Source: Thecamonas trahens ATCC 50062 (lineage: Eukaryota; Protista; Apusomonadida). Taken from it: a stretch of 63,855 bases of DNA. This document shows positions 20,567 through 33,100 of the stretch, piece by piece. The notes beneath the pieces are model-generated. The model did not search any database, had not been told where the DNA came from, and saw only the letters and a program-made list of their open reading frames with translations. The stretch lies in assembly GCF_000142905.1 (NCBI RefSeq), contig NW_013657641.1, positions 6,907 through 70,761 on the forward strand. Direction: 5' to 3'. A program made the translations under genes and the position numbers. Positions within the stretch are counted from its first letter, which is position 1, and every line of letters starts with the position of its first letter.

Positions 20567-22207
20567 TCAGCTATCAAGCCGCGCTCTCGGTCGCGGTACA
20601 AGCGCCGCCATGGCCTCGAGCCTCGCTGTCAGCCGTGCGTAGTCGCTGCGGAGCGCAGCCACGTCGGCTTCGGCCATCGCTAGCCGGTCTTGCGTCGCAC
20701 GTAGCTCCGCTTGCGTCGCTGTCAACTCGCTCGCCTTGGCCGCCAGCGCCTCCTCAAGCGCCTCTACACGATCACCGTTCCCGTTCCTCAAGCTGACGTC
20801 GTGCCCGAGCACCTGACGCATGTGCGCCACAAACGGGGCCGGCAGCTCCGTTGCTCCGGTCAGCAGTGCGGTGAGCTCGTGCGAGGTCGCAAGTGCGTAA
20901 GCTCCCTCGCCTGCCGCGTTCATCGCCCATAGCTCGGCGCCGGCCGCCAGGAGCGCCATCACCGTCGCCATCTGCCCTCCGCTCGCCGCAATGTGTAGCG
21001 GCCGCTGCCCGAGCACAGGCTCGAGCGCGTTGACGTTCGCCCCGGCTCGGATCAGCTCTCCCAGGTGCGCCGCAGAAAACCGCACCTCGCTCCCCGCCCG
21101 GAGCGAGACAAACAGTGCAAGCGTCGCCCGGTTGATCCCGCCCGCTACGTCCGCCGCCCCATCGCCATGCGTCGCCAGCCACACGCGCATTGCTTGGACC
21201 ACAGCTGGCGCCACAGAGCCCGGTGCCAGGGTATAGCTGTGCCGCCCGTCAGCCTCGACCTCAAACGGATCAAAGCCGCGGACCACAAGCGCGTCAACAA
21301 GCTCCTGCGACGACGACTTGCCCAGCCCGTCCGCTGCCCGCACAGGCGCGAGGATGTCCATCCCTGCCGCCCGCGCAAGACCCAGCGCCGTCGCCGGTAG
21401 CGCGCCCACTCGCCCGAGATGATGCACAAGGTGTGGCGCTCCCTTGGAGCATGCCAGCACCATCGCCACGCTCTCTTGCGTCAGCGCCGGCGCGCTCCCT
21501 TGGCCCGCCCGCGCAACCTCGAGCGTCACCAGCGCATCCAGCCCCACACACCCCTCCAGACCCAGCACCTCCATCTGGGGACAGAGGCCCACCACCGCAG
21601 CCACCGCCGCATCGCTCACCTTGACGCACCCGTTCAGCTCGAGGTGCGCAAGGCCCGCAGCGCCCGCAGCGAGCGCAGCAACCCCGGCGTCGCCCACATC
21701 GCACCCGCTCACGTCCACCTCCACCAGCTCGCTACAGCTGCTGGCAAGCGCCACCAGCCCGGCGTCGCTCACACCCTTGGCCCGCGCCAGCTTGACCCTC
21801 ATCAGCCTCGGGCAACCAGCGGCGAGCGCTGAGAGCGCTCGGTCGGTCACCAGGCTCGTCTGCGACAGATCGATGTACGCCAAGAGCGGACATGCCCGAG
21901 CAATGGCAATGATCGAGTCGTCGCTCACGCAGCTACCCTTCAAATCAATGGACTGCAGCTCATCCCCGTACCCATCCACCACGTCCACCACATCGTCATC
22001 CACCCCTGCATGCGCCACAAACGTTACAGAGCTCACCACTGCTGCCCCCTGCATCGCTCGTCCTCGCTCCAGCACCGTCCGCGGATCAAAGCCAAGTCCT
22101 CCTCCACCACGCCCGCCGCCATCGTCATCAAAGCCTCCCAAGCCACGAACTCGTTCCCGTCCACCAGCCCATACGCCCAGATCAACGTGCGCTCCGCCTG
22201 CGTCCAT
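20567..22207 (-). CDS. Cys-containing LRR (AMN1/FBXL-type) + ankyrin + coiled-coil protein
   Basis: LRRs CPLLAYIDLSQTSLVTDRALSALAAGCPRL and LAHLELNGCVKVSDAAV; ankyrin GANVNALEPVLGQRPLHIAASGG; heptad C-terminus. Start inferred at MDAGG. Confidence 0.85.
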   Translation of the reverse strand: MDAGGAHVDLGVWAGGRERVRGLGGFDDDGGGRGGGGLGFDPRTVLERGRAMQGAAVVSSVTFVAHAGVDDDVVDVVDGYGDELQSIDLKGSCVSDDSIIAIARACPLLAYIDLSQTSLVTDRALSALAAGCPRLMRVKLARAKGVSDAGLVALASSCSELVEVDVSGCDVGDAGVAALAAGAAGLAHLELNGCVKVSDAAVAAVVGLCPQMEVLGLEGCVGLDALVTLEVARAGQGSAPALTQESVAMVLACSKGAPHLVHHLGRVGALPATALGLARAAGMDILAPVRAADGLGKSSSQELVDALVVRGFDPFEVEADGRHSYTLAPGSVAPAVVQAMRVWLATHGDGAADVAGGINRATLALFVSLRAGSEVRFSAAHLGELIRAGANVNALEPVLGQRPLHIAASGGQMATVMALLAAGAELWAMNAAGEGAYALATSHELTALLTGATELPAPFVAHMRQVLGHDVSLRNGNGDRVEALEEALAAKASELTATQAELRATQDRLAMAEADVAALRSDYARLTARLEAMAALVPRPRARLDS

Positions 22208-22493
22208 AATCAAGGCAGCCGTGGTTGGGGAAATAAAAAAAATAGATTCCACGCAAGCAACGAGAGTGCGAAAGTAAGAGAGAGGGAGGAGAGAGGTACC
22301 ACAACCGGGAGCTAGTTGAGAGGTGCCTTGCTGGCCGGTGCGAGTCGTGTGTGTGTGTGTGTGTGTGAGTGTGTGTGGGACGGGGCTGAGCGCACTTTGC
22401 TGCCTCACTCGCTTCGCGCTCATATTGACACGCGCCACGGGCCAATGTTCTTGGCTGCCTCATATTGGTGCACCGCCGTTGACTGTCGTCATG

Positions 22494-22532
22494 TGGTCAT
22501 CAACTGGTCATCAACTGGTCATCAACTGGTCA
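22494..22532. repeat. Tandem 11-nt repeat (tggtcatcaac) x3.5 in a divergent intergenic region
   Basis: tggtcatcaac tggtcatcaac tggtcatcaac tggtca. Confidence 0.9.
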
Positions 22533-22824
22533 CCGCCAACCTCCCCCCTCCCCCCTCCCATCGCCCCAACCACCGCCACCACTGCCACAAACCGCATCAA
22601 CCCCATTCCTCCCACCACATCTCACATCTCCCAACCCACCTCCCCACCCCCCCTACCCCTCCCCACCCCACCACCACACCGCACCACCGCACCAAAAAAT
22701 ATTTTTCAACTTTCACTTACCTACACGTACCCCCCTCCTCACCCGCTCCCCCCCCCTCCCCCCCCCTCCCCCCCCCCCACCGCACCCCCACCTCCCACAC
22801 ACACAACACCCCTCTTCATGATTC

Positions 22825-25800
22825 ATGACCACCCTCCACTTACCGCCCGAGTGGCGGAGTGACCAAGTCGAAGAGGCACTCGCACATGCCACCCGCCTCA
22901 CCGCCATCAGCCTCGAAACGATCGACGGCGGCCGAGCCGCACTTCCGCTCCTCCCAGCATCAGGCCTCGCTACCCTTCTGGACTCGGCCGATCTCTCTGC
23001 GCTCACCTCGTTGCATCTGGCTCGCTACCGATCGCTTCATCGCGCTTCGCTGGCAGCTATATTGGCCAACCTTCCCGCCCTTACAGACCTTAGTCTCTCG
23101 GCGGCCACAGGCCTCGTCGCTGGCGATCTGGCCGCTCTCGCCACCTCCCGTTGCCTCCCGTCCAAGCTGAGCTCGCTGTCGTTGGCAGAGACCGACCTCG
23201 CATCGGGCAACGATGTGGCGGCGCTTCTGATCCATGCTCCGCAGCTGACTGCCTTGGATCTCGCCGCCTCCAACGCCGACGACGACGCGCTAAGATCCAT
23301 CGCCGCTGCCGCACCCCACAACCTCGCCACCCTCGTCCTCGACCACACCGCAGTCACCGATCGTGGCCTTGACCTGCTCCTCGCATCTTCAGACGATCTC
23401 GCGACCCTCACGTCCATCTCTGTCTCTGGCTGCGTCCGCCTCTCGCTTGCCCTCGTCGCCCACATCGCTCCGGTCACTGTCGCTCGCGCCGCCAACGAGC
23501 TCGTTCCGCCCTTCCTCCCTGCCCTTGGCGACGATCTCACCGCCGCAACATCCTCTCAGCGCACACGCGCGCTCTCGGCGCTTGCATCGGTCTCGGCCAT
23601 TCTCGCAGATATGACTACAGCTGTAGGCAACCTTGCTGCCGCTCTTGCTGCCCCGCTCCCGTCCGCAGATATCGACGCCGCCGCCGCCGCCCATCCGGAC
23701 CTCTGCGCCTACTTTGCCGCCGCCGCACGGGCCACCCCGCTTGGTGTCGCCGCCGACAACGCCGCGCGTTCTGCATCGCAAGCCTCTCGTGAATTTGACG
23801 CCTCTGCCGCTGTACTCGCCTCCCGCATGGCCTCGGCTGACCTCTCCGATCACACCGCGGTCCGCGACGCGCTCAACGCGCTCAACGCATCTGACGGCGC
23901 GAACCTCGCCACCGCGCGCAGCTCTGCCCTCGCTCTTGCCGCATCAACCTCGGCAGATGCGCTTGTCACCGCCGATGCCGAGCTCAGCGCTCTTACCGCC
24001 GCTCACCACGCCGCTTCCCGACTGGACTTTCCCCGCATCGTCCGGCGCATCGCGCCTTCCTCAAAGCCCACGACGAGTGCCTCGCCGCCGTACACGACGA
24101 GAGCCTCCTCCGCCCGGTCGCCGCCACCCTCGACGCACTCGATGCCGCCCGCGCTGCACTCGATGATGCCACATCTGCCGCTGCCGCCAGTCACACCGGG
24201 CTCGCCCGCCTCGCTACAGCCGCATCCGCCGTCTTGCACTCGCCCTCGCCCCACCCTCCGATCGCCGACTACGCACTCCGCGCCGCCGCTCGCGACGATG
24301 TCGCCGCCAGCCATCGCCACTGCGCTGCCCTGATCAAGCTCGAGACCGAGCTGCTCGCCGCAAGCACCTCCGCAACTAGCCTACAGCGTGAGCAGTGGGA
24401 GCTTGAGGACGTCATTGACGAGGCCTCGGCTGCCATCGCCGCTCTTGGCAAGAAAGCCCGTCGCTCGGGCAAGCCCATCCCGCCCGCCGCTCTCGTCGCC
24501 CCCACTGCCCGCCTCGATGACGCTGCCGCCCGACTCGAAGAAATCAATCAGCACCTGGCTCACTCTCGAGCCGTGCTCGCCGCGCCCGACGCCGCCGCGC
24601 TCTTCCCGGACCTCGTCGCCCGCTCTGCCCAGCCATCGTTCCTCTGCCAGCTCCTCGCCACCACATCGGTCGTCGCCGCCGGCGCGCTGTCTGACTACGA
24701 GCCCGAGCCGATTGAGGTGCTCCTCTGCCAGGGCGATGCTCAGACAATCAAGTACGAGGTCAAGGTTATGGCTCGAGCTGGAGCCAGCCACGATCTCATC
24801 GTACTCAAGTCGGTCTCGCTCGCATCGTCGCACCTCCGTGATGACCTCCTCGCCCGCCTCCGTGCCGAGGCCACCACCACCGCAGCCTTTGACCACCCGC
24901 ACATTGTCCGCATCAACAGAGTCTTTGAAGCCGCCTCCTCCATCCATATCGAGATGCCGTACTATCCAGGCGGTAACCTCGCTCGATGGCTGGCCCATCG
25001 CCCGCCCGGCCCGCCGGGCCTCCCGCTGCTTCGCATCTTCCGGCAGATCGCCTCGGCGCTGACCGCCGCCCACGCCGCAGGCATTGTCCATCGTGACGTC
25101 AAGCCGGCCAACGTCTTTGTCGCCGATCCGAACGCACCTCACGTCGTCCTTGGGGACTTTGGCATCGCCAAAGCCGTCGATGCCACCACCACTACCGTCT
25201 CATCGGCTTCGACTGCCTCGGCCTCCTCGCTGGCCTTTGGCACCGCCCACTACGCCGCGCCCGAGGCCACTTCGTCCACCTGGGCCCATCTCACACATCG
25301 CTTTGCCGTCGACGTTTACTCGCTTGGCATCATCATGCTCGAGACCATCAGCGGCAAGCAGCTCTCCCTCGCATCGCGCCCCGCATCGGCCGCCGCCGCC
25401 GTCGCAGCACTCGGTCCCGCCGTCGCCGACGCGCCGCTCATGGCCCAGCTCGCCCCCACCGTCGCCGCCATGCTCGACACCAATCCCGCCGCCCGCCCGC
25501 CCATCACAGCCGTCCTCGCCCTCCTCGATGAGCTCATCCCACAGGCTCAGGCCCTCGCCTCGCTCCGCACCCGCACATCCTCTCGCCTCCATGCCCTCCA
25601 CAGCCTCCGCCGCAACATCCATCACGCCCGCGCAGCCATCGGTCTTGCCCCGGTCGTCTGGCCCGTTCCTGACCCGGCTGTACACTCGGCCACTCTCTTC
25701 AGCTTCCTTTCCGCCGCTCCCGCTTCGCTCCTCGCCGCCCGCGTCCAGGCTGTCCATCTTACCACACTCGATGAGACCGCCGCTACCCTTGCCGCCGCCA

Positions 25801-27154
25801 TCGTCGCCCATCCCACGGCCCACGGCCTCGTCACAAGCGCTGATGGTGGCTTGCTCCCACAAGATCCCGACTCGGCACACGGCCTCGGCGTCTTCATCGG
25901 CAAGTGCCTCCTCGAGGGCGTCCACCTCCCCATCCCGCTCGCCCCGTGCGTCTACTATGCCCTCCTCGCCGATCCGACCCCAGACTCGCCCTCTGTACTG
26001 GATGCGCTCCACACCGGCTTTCTCGCCGGCATCGGGCCCGATCTCCACCCGCTCGTCGCTCTTCTTGCCCCCGACGACCTCCGCCTCACCATCCTGGCTC
26101 CGGTGTCTGTTGACCGTCCTCGTCTCCTTGCCGCGCTCTCATGGGAGCCTCCGTCCGCCGCTGACGATCCGGCCGCCGCCGCCGCCGCTCGCCGCTCCTT
26201 CATCGCCCTCGTCACAGACCTCGATGAGCTCTCCCTGCATCTCTTGGTTGTCCGCGTCTTTGGCGTCGCCGCCCTCGAGTCCCGCGCCTTTCCGCAGGCC
26301 ATCGTCAGCTTTGGGGCGGTGCCGTCCGCTTTGATCGCGGCCGTGTCGTCGTCCCACACCTCCTCACCGAGCCCGCGCTCTTTTCCGCCACCGTCCTCGC
26401 CGCACTCGGCCTCGAGGCGCCTATGTCTGAGTGCAGCGCCTGCGGCGAAGCCTTTCGCGCCGACGAGGGCATCTCGTGCGCCGCGAGTGATCCTACCCGC
26501 GCCCACTTTGTATGCAACGCCTGCTTCGCCGCCTTTGTCGCCGCCTCGCTCACTTTTGACAACATCGGCAACTTCCGCGACGCCGGATCGCTCATCGCCT
26601 GTCCCGAGAAGCCTGCCGGCTGCGCCTCGCCGCCGTTCTCCCTCAACGATGTCTCACGCCACGCGCCGGCCCACTTTCCCGCCCTTCTCGCTCTCCGCGA
26701 TGAGCTGTTCCAGGGCCAGCTCGAGGGCGAGCTGGAGGAGCGCATGCGCCGCGAGATCAAGCTTGCCCTCGCCCAGAACGCCTTTGAGCGCGACGTCCAC
26801 AACATCGTCGGCCACGTCCATGAGGCCATTCTCACCCTCCGCTGCCCGCGATGCGCTGCGGCCTTCTTTGACTTTACCGGCTGCGCAGCCCTTGTCTGCA
26901 CCCAGTGCAACGCCGCCTTCTGCGCCCTCTGCCTGGCAGACTGCGGCGACGATGCCCACACTCACGTCCTCCATTGCTCCCTCAATCCGTCCGAGGATTA
27001 CTACGTCTCTAACGACACGTATCAGGACATACAGCGCGCCCGTCGCCAGCTCGCCCTCCGCCAGTACCTCGCCTCCTTGGACGCTGATCTGGCCGCAGCC
27101 GTCACCGCACGCTGTGCCCAGGACTGTGCCGACCTCGGCATCGTCATCGCCTAG
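22825..27154 (+). CDS. LRR - coiled coil - Ser/Thr kinase - degenerate HECT-like - RING1/RING2 (RBR-like) fusion; two apparent -1 frameshifts (~24032, ~26314)
   Basis: LRRs (LTALDLAASNADDDAL). Kinase HRDVKPAN, LGDFG, FGTAHYAAPE, DVYSLG. HECT-like LGVFIGKCLLEG..LPIPL and FIALVTDLDELSLHLLVVRVFG. C3HC4 RING, then CPRC..FTGCAALVC..C..FC..C. The three ORF frames join by adding one base at the C4 and G4 runs. Confidence 0.75.
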
Positions 27155-27173
27155 TTGTTATCAAAGCCTACAC

Positions 27174-30100
27174 CTACACCAGACTCTCCATCTCGACATC
27201 CACTGCTGTGCCATCCACAAACCCACGCAGTGCCGCCGCCGCCTCGGCAGGCAGATCCGGGAGCTCGCGCACGAGGTACGCCGCCACCTGCGCCTGTCGC
27301 TCGGCCTCGGCAGAGTACCCGCCGCTGCGGCGCGCGCTGGCAATCTGCCGCACATCGCCCACCACGCCCAACCCCCCGACCACCACAAGCACCACCAGCG
27401 CAAGAACAAGCCCCACAAACATGACCTCCGAGTCCGAGTTGTGCCGCTCCGCGTACGATCCTGAGCCCAGAAGGACAACGCAGACAAGAACGAGATTGAG
27501 CCGGAACTCGAGCTTGTTGTACAACGGAAAGTAGTACGGCTGGTGCGCACGGACCGCCACAGCAGCTGTGAGTAGCACCACAAGCAGGAGCGCAATCTGC
27601 GCCAGCTGGTACTCGGTGAGGAACACACCCGCAAGCACAATCGCCAGCCGCTTACCGAGCTCGGCCACCCCGGTCCAGTAGTACGGCAACCGGTACAGCC
27701 GGTACAGCGCCCCGTATCGCGCGAGTGTCTCCGTCACAAGCAAGTTCTGTCGCTGCCGGGCGAGTGCAGCCACAAAGTAGCCTGGCACGCCGAACACGTA
27801 AACGCACACAAACACCATCCCAAAAGGCGCCACCTGCCACCACCGCCCGTCAAAGCACGCCACTCCGGGATCGCTGTCCACCACCCACTCGCCATCGGGC
27901 AGCTGCGCGCAGTCGAAGATCACAAGCGCCGCCCGCGCCACGGGGATGTAGAGCAACGGCGCAAACGAAAACAGCACGCCGTCGACCATCGCGCCGACGC
28001 CGAGCGTCGCCAGCTGAGCCCGCCAAATCGCTACCCGCCCGATCGCAAGCCCCAGCAGCGCCATTCCCAGCGCAAGGAGCGGGACGCAAACAGACGCCAC
28101 GTACTTGGCGTGGAACGACGTCAGTGCGCACTCGCTGGCAAACACGTTGGCGTCCACGTTGAAAATCGTAAACCACGAGAGCACTGCCCGCGACCTCGCC
28201 GTCCATCCAAGCTGCGCCTCGCCGAGGAGCGCAAGCACCTGCAGTGCCACAAGAACCATCGACGCAGACGGCGGCACAAGCCGCTGTCGCAGCACGTTCT
28301 CCTTGCCCGTCGTCAGCCGCCGCTTGATCATCAGCCCAACTCCCAGCCCGGCCATCAGCCCGGCCACCACCGCCGCAGTCACCGCTCCGGCCATAAGGCC
28401 CACAGACACACCAGGGCACTTGCGGCATCGCAGCGAGCTGTCCGAGTAGAACCCATCCACACATTCGTTGCACATAAACCCCGTGTGGCCGCGCGTGCAC
28501 CTGCTTGCTCCCGCGCACGCCTCGGGCCGCCGACATCGCGCAAACCCTGTCGCGTTGCCCACAGCAAAGAATCCCGGTGCCGCCACGGGCGGACCTCGCC
28601 CGAGCGCACACACTGCGCCCTCGGGACATGGCCCACACGCCACAAGGTAGCTCTCCCCAAGCGCACTGCTCGAGGGATCCATCGTGAACCCGGCTCCGCA
28701 CACGCAGTACGGGAAGAAAGAGCCGGGCGTCGCCGCGTCCACAGAGTTCGCTCCGCATGGCACAAGATCGCGGCACGCTGCAAACGACCGCTCGGCAGAG
28801 TACTCGTTCGCTGCGCATGCCTCGCACGTCAGCGCATCCTCCACGCCCGCCGCACTCCCGCCACCCCATCCGTCGCCGCAAGCCACAACTTGTGATGTCC
28901 CCGTCGCGCTCCTCACCCGCGCTCCGCTGCCTCCGCTCGCCTGAACCACCGCGTACGTCCACTCTACTCCGCGCAGCGTCGCCTCACTCCCGGCCTGCAC
29001 AAACAGCGGCACTCCGCGGACAATCGCCGGGTGGCTCGCCAAGTTGGTGTTCTCCGCATCGCCGCCGAGCACCAATCCGTCACCCGCAAACTCGGCAGTC
29101 ACTGCTACGTTGACGTACGTCACGTTGCGTCCAGCCCCGTCGCGGCCCACAATCTCGGCTGTCAGCGACTGCCCGGCCATCACCTCGGCCGCTGGCGCCG
29201 CAGACACCAAAAGCTCAACGACCGGTCCGTCAACAGCCACCGCACCGCTGGCATCGCTTGCCACTGTCACCCATGCCTCACGTCCACAGCTAAAGCCCGT
29301 CGATGACGATCCCAGCCTGCCGCCACGCCCGGCCTTGTTGCCGCTTGCCACCGTCCTCGCCCCGCTCACAGTAACTCGTCCGCCGCACGCGCCCAGCCCG
29401 CCGCCGTAGCTGCTGGCCTGGTTCCGCACCAGCGTCACATCGGTCATCGCCACCACAACCTCTGCGCCCCCCGCCCCATCTAGCGTCGGAAAGTCAACCA
29501 CGGTGCCGGCGCTGATCCCGACCCCGGCGGTCGCCGCAAGCACCGCAAGCCCGCCACCAAACTGCGCTGAATTGTCCTCGATCGCGCAACTAGCCAGCGA
29601 CACGCTCCCAGCGCTACTGGCAAACACTCCACCACCGGCTCCGCGCTCCGCCCTGTTCTTCTGAAACAACACTTGCTCGCCCGTCATCGTCGCCGTTTCG
29701 CCGACATACACCCCGCCGCCCGAGTCAAAACTCGCCGTGCACCCAACAATCGCACTCTGCCGCACCGTCACCAGCGCCCCCGCTTCGGCCGCCAGCCCTC
29801 CGCCGCGCCTCGCGCTGCAAAGAGTGATCTCGGTCTGCTCGAGGACCACACTGGCTCCGCCGCCGCGCGCCACGATCGCTCCGCCGGTCACCGCCGCGCT
29901 GCACCCGCGGAACGCCGAGTCACTTGCAGTTAGCGTGCCACCGTTCAGTACCGCCACCGCACCGCCAACGCCGAGATCCAGCGTCGTCGTCCCGACCACC
30001 GGCTCGACCACGCTGGCGTTAGCTACTGTCACGTTGGCAAGCGCCAATATCCCGTCCGCGTCAACACGTAGGCCCGGTGCGCCAAACAGGACGCCCCTCG

Positions 30101-33100
30101 CCACACCCAACCCGTTGACATCCACCGAGTCAAGCGTTAGCTGCCCACCAGAGTCCACGACAAACAGCACTCCGCCATCGCACTCAAACCTCGCCCGTGG
30201 CCCGACCGAGCCCTCACCCCAACCATCCGCACCTCGTGCGAGATTTCGGCGTGCGCATCCACTCGGCATCCGTACTCGACCCCTGCTTCGAGCTCGATCG
30301 TTGCAGCTACGCACCGCGACGACCGCTCAACCACACTCCACAGACACGCAAACGTGTTCCGCATCGCTTCACCGCCGCACTCGCTCGCCGTGGTGCTCAT
30401 GCGATGCACCGTACCCTCGTAAGTCGCAAAGGCTGTTCGCGTCAGCGCTGCCAGCCACACAACCTGGTCAGCACCCTCTGAAGTGAACAAGATGTCGAGG
30501 TCACCATCACCGTCCACATCGCTCATGAGGATGCGGTTGACCTCGGACGCATCCGCCACAAGATCGGCTCCAGAGAACAGCCCCAGTCCGTCCAAGTTGT
30601 GGAAAAGCATGACTTTGACACTGTCAGACACAACAAGGTCCAGGTCACCGTCACCATCTGCATCGCTCGCTTCAACCGCCATCGGCCCAAAGCCAGTAGT
30701 CAAGTTGGTGGCCACCACAACTGGCTCTTGAAATGCCGTCGCGTTCACAGCCGCCGCCCACGAGACCATACCAGAGCCGCGGGCGGTAAATGCCACGTCG
30801 CGCAGGCCGTCGCCATTCAAGTCGCCACTCGCAACGCCAAACAGCTCATCGGTTGCCTCGCCCCCGCGCTCGACCACAGTCCGTGGGGTGGAAAAGCCCC
30901 CAGTGCCGTTGCCCGCAGCCACGAGAACTTCTCCCAGTTGAAGAACCATTACCACATCGAGCGCCCCGTCGCCGTCCATGTCGGTCACCTCAAATACCTG
31001 GAACGCTTCGCCGCTGTGCGACGCAACTACGCGTGCTTGCTCAAAGCCTTGCGCATTGTCCCGACGCATGAGTACAATCGCTTCAAAGGCCGAGCAAAGC
31101 ACGTCGAGCTGCCCATCGCCATCCACGTCAGCGAGCTGGACGTCGTGCAGCAAATCTAGCGAGGTGACAATTGGCGAAGAGTCGCCGAGCACAAAGGTGC
31201 CAATGCCATCACTGTTGGCGTACCACACCAGCTCTTTGGCGCCCTGAAGGGCGATCACAACATCGGCATCACCGTCAAGGTCAACATCACCAAGCGCAGC
31301 CGCAACAGGCTTGTTGAGCCCGGTGTCGATAGCGTTGAGCGAGGTAAAGCCGCTACCCTCGACAGAGGCAAACCAGCCGACGGTGCCAACTGACGAAAAG
31401 GTAGCCACGACGTCGACCCATGCGTCGCCGTTGACGTCGCCGGTTGCCAAGCCGTTCGGGTCCGAGTTGGGCGATGAAAACAGAACGTTGGGCTCCGAGT
31501 AGCCTGCCAATGCACTCTGTACCAATCCCTGGCCCGGCGCTGTGGCGTACCACACCAGCCGTGCGTGCGCGGTTGTCGCCACAACCGTATCGAGTCTCCC
31601 ATCGCCGTTAATGTCGGCTAGTGCCAGCGCCTTGACCTCTGTCGACTCGCTGTCGACCACACTGACCGCATCAAAGCGCCCGCGTCCGCGCCCGGCCATC
31701 CACAACAGCCGCTCTTCAACGGTGTCCGACGCAATGATGTCGATCCACCCGTCGCCGTTCATGTCGGCCACTCCGAGGCCATAGATACCCTTTGTGCCAC
31801 TGATTAGCACCATCCCTTCTGCAAAGCCACCAGTGCCGTCGCTGTTGATGTAGAGCACAACCGCGTTCCTTGTTGCCGCGCCCACAATGAGGTCCATCGC
31901 ACCATCGCCGTCGGCATCAGCCAGCGCCGCAGTCTTCACCTGCCCTGCGGCAGTATCGATGACCTGCGCCGCGCCAAAGCTAGTCCCGACTCCAGCGTAC
32001 CAGACCAAGACCTCGCCGTTGGTACCGGCGACCACGTCACTCGTGCCGTCGCCGTTGATGTCACCGATGGTCACGCTTCGTGCCAGGAAGAGCGCCGCAT
32101 CGACAAAAACCGATGGTTCGAACGTGCTGCCCCCTCCGGCGCTCTGCTCAATGTACAACACAGCGCCCAAGCCGATGTCTGCCACAATAACGTCCAGCCA
32201 GCCGTCGCCACTGTGGTCAACAAACCCAAGATTCGTCGGCGCACTCAGGCCAACCGCGATAGCCACTGGCGCCGAGAAGCTACCCGACCCGTCGTTGGCT
32301 ACCCACGCGAGCTTGATGCCGGTGCTTGAAGCCCACGCAATGTCTGCGTCGCCGTCGTCGTCTACATCGGCCAATACAACGTGCTCCACATAGCCAGCAT
32401 TGGCCACAACCACCTCTGCTGGGCCGAACCGACCGCGGCCGTCAAGGTTAAAGGCGACTCGGATCTCGCCGTTGCCGTCGCCGACCACCACGTCGGCATC
32501 GCCATCACCGTCCAAATCGTCCGCCGCCACCCCTCCCGGGTCGGTCGGCCACGCGCTCAGCTGAACTTTGCTGTCCCAGCCTCCACCGTTGGCGAAATAC
32601 ACAAAGAGCTCATCAATGTCACTGTGCGCTGAGACCACATCCAGCAGGCCGTCGCCGTTGAGGTCAACCACCGCAACATCATACGGCAATTCCAGGTCGG
32701 AGCCGACCACATGCTGCACCCATGGCGGCGAAGGTCCACCCAAGCGGTTCTCGTACACAACGACCAGATTGGCGGCCCGGAGGCTCACCACAACGTCGAG
32801 TGCCGACGAGCCAATGGCATCGGCAAGCGCAAGCCCATACGGCTCGCCCAGGCCCGAGTCGACGGCGACTGGAGTCGTAGGGCCAACTACTGACCCGATG
32901 TTCGCCACCCATGTCACCGAACCGCCGTCGTCGTTGGTCATCACCGCATCGAGAGCAGCGTCGCCGTCAATGTCGCCAAGCGCAACGGCCTTGACGTCGA
33001 GCTGTGCGCTAAAGGAAGCAAATTGCTCGAAAAATGCAGGCTCCCCGGCCTTGTAGAAAAGTTCAACCGTGTTCTCGCGGCCGTTGGCAGCAACAACAAC

